Source: an uncultured Eubacteriales bacterium | GTDB lineage: Bacteria > Bacillota > Clostridia > Christensenellales > UBA1242 | Direction of reading: 5' to 3' | Length of the DNA: 34,335 nt | Assembly: GCA_905203455.1 (NCBI GenBank) | Contig: CAJKVX010000002.1 | Span: forward strand, 1 to 34,335 | In this document: positions 25,422 through 34,335 of the stretch, in pieces | Position numbering within the stretch: the stretch's first letter is position 1 | How the letters are laid out: each line of letters starts with the position of its first letter | The notes under the pieces: model-generated | The model's database searches: none | What the model was told of the DNA's origin: nothing | What the model saw: the letters and a program-made list of their open reading frames with translations, nothing else | Made by a program: the position numbers and the translations under genes

Positions 25422-26323
25422 GAAATTAGGTTAATTAGCGAAGAAATTTGAGTTTTGATTGCTTGTTTTGCAGAATTTAAAATTTTTCTTGGGTCAAAAA
25501 CCTCAGGGTTGGTTTGAAGAAATTCTCTTAAACCGCTTGTAAAAGCAAGCCTTAAATCTGTGTCTATATTAATTTTGTTTATTCCTGATTTACTCATTTT
25601 TGCAAGGTCTTGAGTGCTTATTCCTTGGCTTTTTGTTATGTTTCCTCCAAATTTATTAATATTTTTAACTAACAACGCTGGAACAGACGAACTTCCGTGA
25701 GCAACAAGAGGAAAGTTTTGCCCAAGTTCTTTTTTAACATTATTTATAACATCATAATAAATCTTAGGTTGTTTTAAGCCTTTGTTAATTCCGTGAGCGG
25801 TGCCAATTGAAATTGCAAGGCTGTCACAATTTGTTTTGGTTACAAAATCTTTGGCTTGTTTTGGGTCAGTTAAAATGGCATTTTTATGAATAATGTTATC
25901 TTCAACGCCCATAATTTTGCCTAACTCTGCTTCAACGGTAACATTGTGTTTGTGGGCAAAGTCAACAACCTGTTTTGTTAGTTTTACATTTTCTGCATAA
26001 TCAAGGGCAGAGCCATCAAACATAACGCTTGTAAAACCACTTTTTATTGCTTTTTTGCAGATTTCAACATTTGAGCCGTGGTCAAGATGCAAAGCAATGG
26101 GCAAATCTGCATTTTTTGTTAAGTTTTTTGCTAAACTTACCAAATTTTCAATTCCAGCATAATTAATTGCAGTTTCGCTTGCAGAAATAATAACAGGCAC
26201 ATTTTCTTTTTTTGCGCATTCAACAACTGCTTGCATCATTTCAAGGTTGCTTACATTGAATGCACAAATTGCCCTTTTTTGTTTGATTGAATACTCAAAA
26301 ATTGTTTTTGTGTTAACAAGCAT
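25412..26323 (-). CDS. fba: Class II fructose-1,6-bisphosphate aldolase
   Basis: 303 aa with RBS AAGGAG. Class II ketose-bisphosphate aldolase motifs: PIALHLDHGS, SVMFDGS, VEAELG, LAISIGTAHG and PLVAHGSSSVP. Confidence 0.85.
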   Translation of the reverse strand: MLVNTKTIFEYSIKQKRAICAFNVSNLEMMQAVVECAKKENVPVIISASETAINYAGIENLVSLAKNLTKNADLPIALHLDHGSNVEICKKAIKSGFTSVMFDGSALDYAENVKLTKQVVDFAHKHNVTVEAELGKIMGVEDNIIHKNAILTDPKQAKDFVTKTNCDSLAISIGTAHGINKGLKQPKIYYDVINNVKKELGQNFPLVAHGSSSVPALLVKNINKFGGNITKSQGISTQDLAKMSKSGINKINIDTDLRLAFTSGLREFLQTNPEVFDPRKILNSAKQAIKTQISSLINLISKN

Positions 26324-26554
26324 AGTTTTATCTCCTTAATTAAAAACTTTGATTATTTTTAAAGTTTGATTTTTGCTTTTTAGTTTTGCATTTTTTACTT
26401 GCAAGTTTTTGTTTTGAACTTGGTTTTGTTTGATTAAAATGAAGTTAGTTTTATGAACTTTTTATGAAAGTTTCAGCTTAAAGTATACATCAATTTTAAC
26501 TTAACCACAAATTATTAGTTTAAATTATTTGATTTTATTCAAAAATTAATATAA

Positions 26555-27595
<1,041 letters not shown>

Positions 27596-27605
27596 ATAAA
27601 ACGAT

Positions 27606-27630
27606 GGGGCAATTATGCTCCTATTTTTTT
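27606..27630 (+). terminator. Rho-independent terminator after gap
   Basis: ggggca (27606-27611) pairs with tgctcc (27616-27621): 6 bp with one G-U pair and loop atta. The run tattttttt follows. Confidence 0.6.
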
Positions 27631-27684
27631 GCACTAAAATTTTTAGTTGTTTTCTTCTAATTAAGTTCCAATTTTTATGAAAGG

Positions 27685-27712
27685 GTTTTACAAAGTGGAA
27701 AAAGTGTGATAA
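27685..27712 (+). promoter_or_regulatory. Candidate promoter of the TM2-mnmA-trpS-hydrolase-proS unit
   Basis: ttttac (27685-27690), a 16-nt spacer ending tgt, and gataat (27707-27712), which gives an extended -10 TGnGATAAT, 24 nt before ATG 27736. Confidence 0.35.
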
Positions 27713-27735
27713 TATTAATTAATTAGAGGTGGATT

Positions 27736-31025
<3,290 letters not shown>

Positions 31026-31070
31026 GAATATATCTTTTGAAATTTTAGTATTATTTTAAGGGGATAGGTT

Positions 31071-31640
31071 ATGAAAAATTATATAATAATTCCAAGTGCA
31101 ATAAACACCGTTTATGACAACTGGTTTTCTTGGCTTAAAACTGAACTTGAAAACAAGGGGTTTAATGTTTGCGTGCCTTACATGCCACAAGGTGAATTTT
31201 GCAATTATAAAAATTGGGAAAAGGTTCTTGCAAGTTACAAAAAAATTGGGCTTATTAACAAAGAAACAACAATAATTTGTTATGACATTAGTTGTGTTTT
31301 TGCAACAAGGTTTATTGTTAAAACAAAAACAAACATTGAAGGAATAATTGGCGTTTGCCCGTTTAACACTATGGTTGGAATTGAGCAAGATAAACTTAAT
31401 AAATCTTTTGTTTGCAAAAATGAGATACTTCAAAAAGTGTCAAGGTTTGTTAAGTTTTATCACACAGTAATTTCAAATAATGACCCAATTATAAGTGAAG
31501 AAGATTACACTAAGTTTTGCAATGCTGTTGGAGCAAAGTCTCACACCATTTCAGGAGCAGGGCATTTTGACAGCGAGGCTGGTTACACAAAGTTTCCTGA
31601 ACTTGTTTCACTTATTGACAACATTAATAAAATAATTTAA
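31071..31640 (+). CDS. Small alpha/beta-fold protein, YdeN/RBBP9-like serine-hydrolase family, with an atypical nucleophile elbow
   Basis: 189 aa with RBS AAGGGGA. Family-like features recalled from memory: IIIPS...NWFSWLK at the N-terminus, NNDPIIS (acid residue) and GAGHFDSEAGY (His). The position where G-x-S-x-G is expected reads C-Y-D-I-S-C. Confidence 0.45.
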   Translation: MKNYIIIPSAINTVYDNWFSWLKTELENKGFNVCVPYMPQGEFCNYKNWEKVLASYKKIGLINKETTIICYDISCVFATRFIVKTKTNIEGIIGVCPFNTMVGIEQDKLNKSFVCKNEILQKVSRFVKFYHTVISNNDPIISEEDYTKFCNAVGAKSHTISGAGHFDSEAGYTKFPELVSLIDNINKII

Positions 31641-31669
31641 AATAGCAAAAGATTAAGGGAGTTTTGCAA

Positions 31670-33373
31670 ATGAGATATAGTAATTTTTTACTTCCAACAA
31701 AAAAGGAAGTTCCAAATGACTGTGACAGCACTGCCATGAGTTACATGGTTAGGGCGGGAATGGTTAAAAAGGTAAGTTCAGGCTTGTTTTATTATTTGCC
31801 TTATTTTAATATGCTTTTAAGAAAGGTAAGTTATATTATTAGGCGGGGAATGGAGAAGGTTAATTCAAATGAGATGAAGTTTCCTATTCTTGTTAGCCGT
31901 GAAATTTTAGAGCAAAGTGAAAGATGGAAGGCTTTTGGTAAAGAAATGTTTAAACTGGTTGACAGAAACGGCAATGATTATGCCATAAGCCCAACAAACG
32001 AAGAATATGCAACTTTGGTTGCAACAAACTTTGTTAAAAGTTATAACGATTTGCCTTTTAGCATATATCAAATTCAACAAAAGCATCGTGATGAAATAAG
32101 GCCAAGAAATGGGCTTGTAAGAGCAAGAGAGTTTATAATGAAAGATGCTTATAGTTTCCACACAAACAAAGAAAGTTTAGATGATTATTACAAACAAATG
32201 CTTAGCGTTTATGATGAAATGTTCACAAAAATGGGCATAAAAACAGTGCCTGTTGTGGCAGACATGGGCGTTATGGGCGGAAACTATTGTCATGAGTTTA
32301 TGGCTGTAACACGCGAGGGTGAAGCGCAAATTGCATTCTGTGATAACTGCAAATTTGGTGCTAACCTTGAAACGGTAAAATGTGTTGATAACTATGCTTT
32401 AAAAACAACAAACAAAGGCAACTTTAAAAAAGTGCACACGCCAAATGTTAAAAGCATAAGTGATTTATGCAAATTTTTATCAACCTCAGTTGACAATTTT
32501 GTAAAATCAATGGTGTATAATGCTGATGGCAATTTGGTTATGGCTGTTGTTAAAGGCAACCGCAATGTTAACGAGGTTAAACTTCAAAATTACCTTAAAG
32601 CAGTTACTCTTGAACTTGCAAGCGAAAAAGACATTAAGTCAATTGGTTCGGTTATGGGTTTTGTTGGTCCTGTTGGAAACCTTTTTAATGTTAGAATTAT
32701 TATTGATAACGAAGTTAAAGAAATGGAAAACTTTGTGACAGGTGCTAACATTAAAGATTACCACCTTGCTGATGTTAATGTTAGTGACCTTGCTCGTCAC
32801 GAATGGGCTGATATTAGGTTTGCTGATGAAAGTGATGTTTGCCCAGTTTGTGGCAAAAAATTAACCATTGCAATGGGCAATGAGTTAGGGCATGTTTTTG
32901 CATTAGGGCAAAGATACACCAAAAAGTTTAATGCAACATATGTTGATGCTAACGGAACAAGCCAAATTATGGAAATGGGTTGTTATGGCATTGGGCTTGA
33001 AAGATGCGTTGCTTCAATTATTGACCAACATCATGACGAAAAAGGTTTGATTTTACCTGTAAGCGTTGCTCCATTTTTGGTTGATGTTATTATTGTTGAC
33101 ACAAAAAAAGAAGAGCAAACAAAAGTTGCTGAAAGCATTTACAATGAACTTGAAGAAGCAAGAATTCCTGTTTTGCTTGATGACAGAAATGTAAGAGCAG
33201 GGGTTAAGTTTAATGACTTTGAGTTAATTGGTGTGCCAATAAGAATAACAGTTGGGCGAAGCATTGAACAAGGCGAGGTTGAAGTTGAAGTTAGGAAAAC
33301 GGGTGAAAAACACACTTGCAAAATAGAAGATGTTGCAAAAACTTTTAATAAATTAATAAAAACCTTAGAATAA
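31670..33373 (+). CDS. proS: Proline--tRNA ligase (bacterial type with insertion/editing domain)
   Basis: Start placed at ATG 31670, 9 nt after GGGAG. The TTG at 31664 in the track is too close to the RBS. Motif 2 region HRDEIRPRNGLVRAREFIMKDAYSFH. CDNC...CPVC cysteine pairs flank the insertion. GNELGHVFALGQRYT. C-terminal anticodon-binding domain. Confidence 0.9.
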   Translation: MRYSNFLLPTKKEVPNDCDSTAMSYMVRAGMVKKVSSGLFYYLPYFNMLLRKVSYIIRRGMEKVNSNEMKFPILVSREILEQSERWKAFGKEMFKLVDRNGNDYAISPTNEEYATLVATNFVKSYNDLPFSIYQIQQKHRDEIRPRNGLVRAREFIMKDAYSFHTNKESLDDYYKQMLSVYDEMFTKMGIKTVPVVADMGVMGGNYCHEFMAVTREGEAQIAFCDNCKFGANLETVKCVDNYALKTTNKGNFKKVHTPNVKSISDLCKFLSTSVDNFVKSMVYNADGNLVMAVVKGNRNVNEVKLQNYLKAVTLELASEKDIKSIGSVMGFVGPVGNLFNVRIIIDNEVKEMENFVTGANIKDYHLADVNVSDLARHEWADIRFADESDVCPVCGKKLTIAMGNELGHVFALGQRYTKKFNATYVDANGTSQIMEMGCYGIGLERCVASIIDQHHDEKGLILPVSVAPFLVDVIIVDTKKEEQTKVAESIYNELEEARIPVLLDDRNVRAGVKFNDFELIGVPIRITVGRSIEQGEVEVEVRKTGEKHTCKIEDVAKTFNKLIKTLE

Positions 33374-33392
33374 TTGGCAGATGCTAAAAAAT

Positions 33393-33421
33393 AAAAAACC
33401 CTTTATAACAAAGGGTTTTTT
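33393..33421. terminator. Bidirectional rho-independent terminator shared by proS and the convergent PIN gene
   Basis: A6 (33393-33398), cccttt (33399-33404), loop ataac, aaaggg (33410-33415), then T6. The TAA of the minus-strand gene (33420-33422) lies in the T-run. Confidence 0.75.
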
Positions 33422-34094
33422 ATTTGCTGGTTTCAGTTTTTAATTGATTTTTAATTTTTCTAAGTTCTGTTTGTAAAAAATATTCTAACTCACTGATACC
33501 TAACGGGTAAGGAGTAAATCCATATTCGTCTTCATAACCAAATTGTTTGTTAATTTCAATTATTTCATTTGCAATTTTTTTGTTTTTGTTTGCGCTTTTT
33601 ACATATATAAAGTCTTTTTGATTTGCGGTAAGAAGAATCGCGTTTTCAACAGTTGCTTCTGCCATAACATAACTGTCATTGCAAGGGCAATACCTATTAA
33701 ACTCAGCAACATATCTAGCGCTAAATGGATGAGGAGTTTTATTTTGAGTGTCTGTTGCAAAGCCACAGTAAGTGTATGCTAATGTTCTTATATTGTTAAT
33801 ATATTCCTCATTTTCAAGATTTTCACTTGTTGGGAAATAACAATAAGTTTCAATAAAATTTTTTACTGGTTGAAGATGTTGCGTTTCATAGTAAGTTGTT
33901 GAAGTCACTAAAAGTCTTATATCATCTGCTTGTGCTTTATTAAACAGTTTGCATAACGCAGGGGTATATTTTTGAAGTGTTGCATTATTAGTGATTCTGC
34001 TTGAACTAGGAATATTTTTTAACTTTGCGTATGGAGCAATAATTGTTAAACACCTGATAATGTCTGAGTCTAAGGCAATGTAAACTTTTTCCAT
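33420..34094 (-). CDS. PIN-domain-like nuclease (long VapC-like, 224 aa)
   Basis: Acidic residues spaced as in a PIN domain: VYIALDSD (beta-1 Asp), LLVTSTTYYETQ (Glu), CNDSYVMAEATVENAILLTANQKDF (the D..A.A....LLT.D.DF signature). An extra C-terminal region of about 55 aa follows. Called from motif reading only. Confidence 0.5.
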   Translation of the reverse strand: MEKVYIALDSDIIRCLTIIAPYAKLKNIPSSSRITNNATLQKYTPALCKLFNKAQADDIRLLVTSTTYYETQHLQPVKNFIETYCYFPTSENLENEEYINNIRTLAYTYCGFATDTQNKTPHPFSARYVAEFNRYCPCNDSYVMAEATVENAILLTANQKDFIYVKSANKNKKIANEIIEINKQFGYEDEYGFTPYPLGISELEYFLQTELRKIKNQLKTETSK

Positions 34095-34095
34095 A

Positions 34096-34203
34096 TTATT
34101 TTACCTTAACCTTTAAATTTTTTTGTTTGATATTTTTTGACAATTCGCAAGACTTTTTATAATATTCTTCAAATTCACTTTTTGTTTTATTATTTGATTC
34201 CAC
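34096..34203 (-). CDS. 35-aa Lys-rich micro-ORF immediately upstream of the PIN gene (possible antitoxin or leader peptide)
   Basis: Below the ORF-track cutoff. GTG at 34203-34201 is preceded by AAGGAG with a 7-nt spacing. Translation: (M)ESNNKTKSEFEEYYKKSCELSKNIKQKNLKVKVK. Its TAA ends 1 nt before the PIN ATG, which suggests translational coupling. Confidence 0.25.
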   Translation of the reverse strand: MESNNKTKSEFEEYYKKSCELSKNIKQKNLKVKVK

Positions 34204-34335
34204 TTAAATTCTCCTTATTATGTTATAAGAATAGCAGATATTTGTTAAGTTGTAAAGTTATAATTGATGATGATTATTGTCAAGAATTGTAAATTTGGAA
34301 TAATTATGAAAAGTTTTAAAATTGCTTGTATTTTG

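Noticed and set aside
34306-34335. Possible start of a plus-strand CDS at the window edge (ATG 34306, MKSFKIACIL...)
   Set aside because: Only 10 codons are visible and the RBS is weak, so it cannot be supported from this window.

Overview
Low-GC (mid-30s % by eye), standard-genetic-code bacterial chromosome segment. I had no search tools, so every family call rests on motifs I could read in the translations.

LEFT ~25 kb (98-25188) is a compact, divergently transcribed locus resembling a type IV secretion or conjugation system.
- Minus-strand unit: VirB2-like small two-helix membrane protein P1 (4673-4969), then a cluster of palindromic repeats, then a VirD4/TraG-type coupling ATPase (2365-4359), then a secreted, C-terminally anchored beta-rich surface protein (98-2212).
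- Plus-strand unit: paralogous pilin-like P2 (5845-6258), two hairpin terminators, 2310-aa membrane giant A (6518-13450), a VirB4 ATPase with a VirB3-like N-terminus (13534-16428), 2041-aa giant B (16455-22580), 850-aa giant C (22611-25163), then a strong terminator.
- A, B and C are clear paralogues. They share an N-terminal 3-TM module and a C-terminal 3-4-TM module. Between these sit non-alignable predicted ectodomains of about 965, 1535 and 350 aa. A also carries a roughly 975-aa coiled-coil, low-complexity, Lys-rich tail.
- I could not recognise a relaxase, integrase or transposase, VirB8/9/10/11, or a cell-wall hydrolase anywhere in the window.
- The spacer between the two pilin genes and the P1/T4CP spacer hold at least 18 copies or fragments of a 28-36-nt REP/BIME-like palindromic unit.

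RIGHT ~9 kb is housekeeping: fba (-), gap (+), a Zn-ribbon/TM2 membrane protein, mnmA, trpS, a YdeN-like hydrolase and proS. These are followed by a convergent PIN-domain gene preceded by a 35-aa ORF. All 17 called CDS end in TAA or TAG; none ends in TGA.

The candidate novel system is the minimal T4SS-like machine built around three giant proteins in the VirB6 position, two pilin paralogues and a dedicated surface protein.
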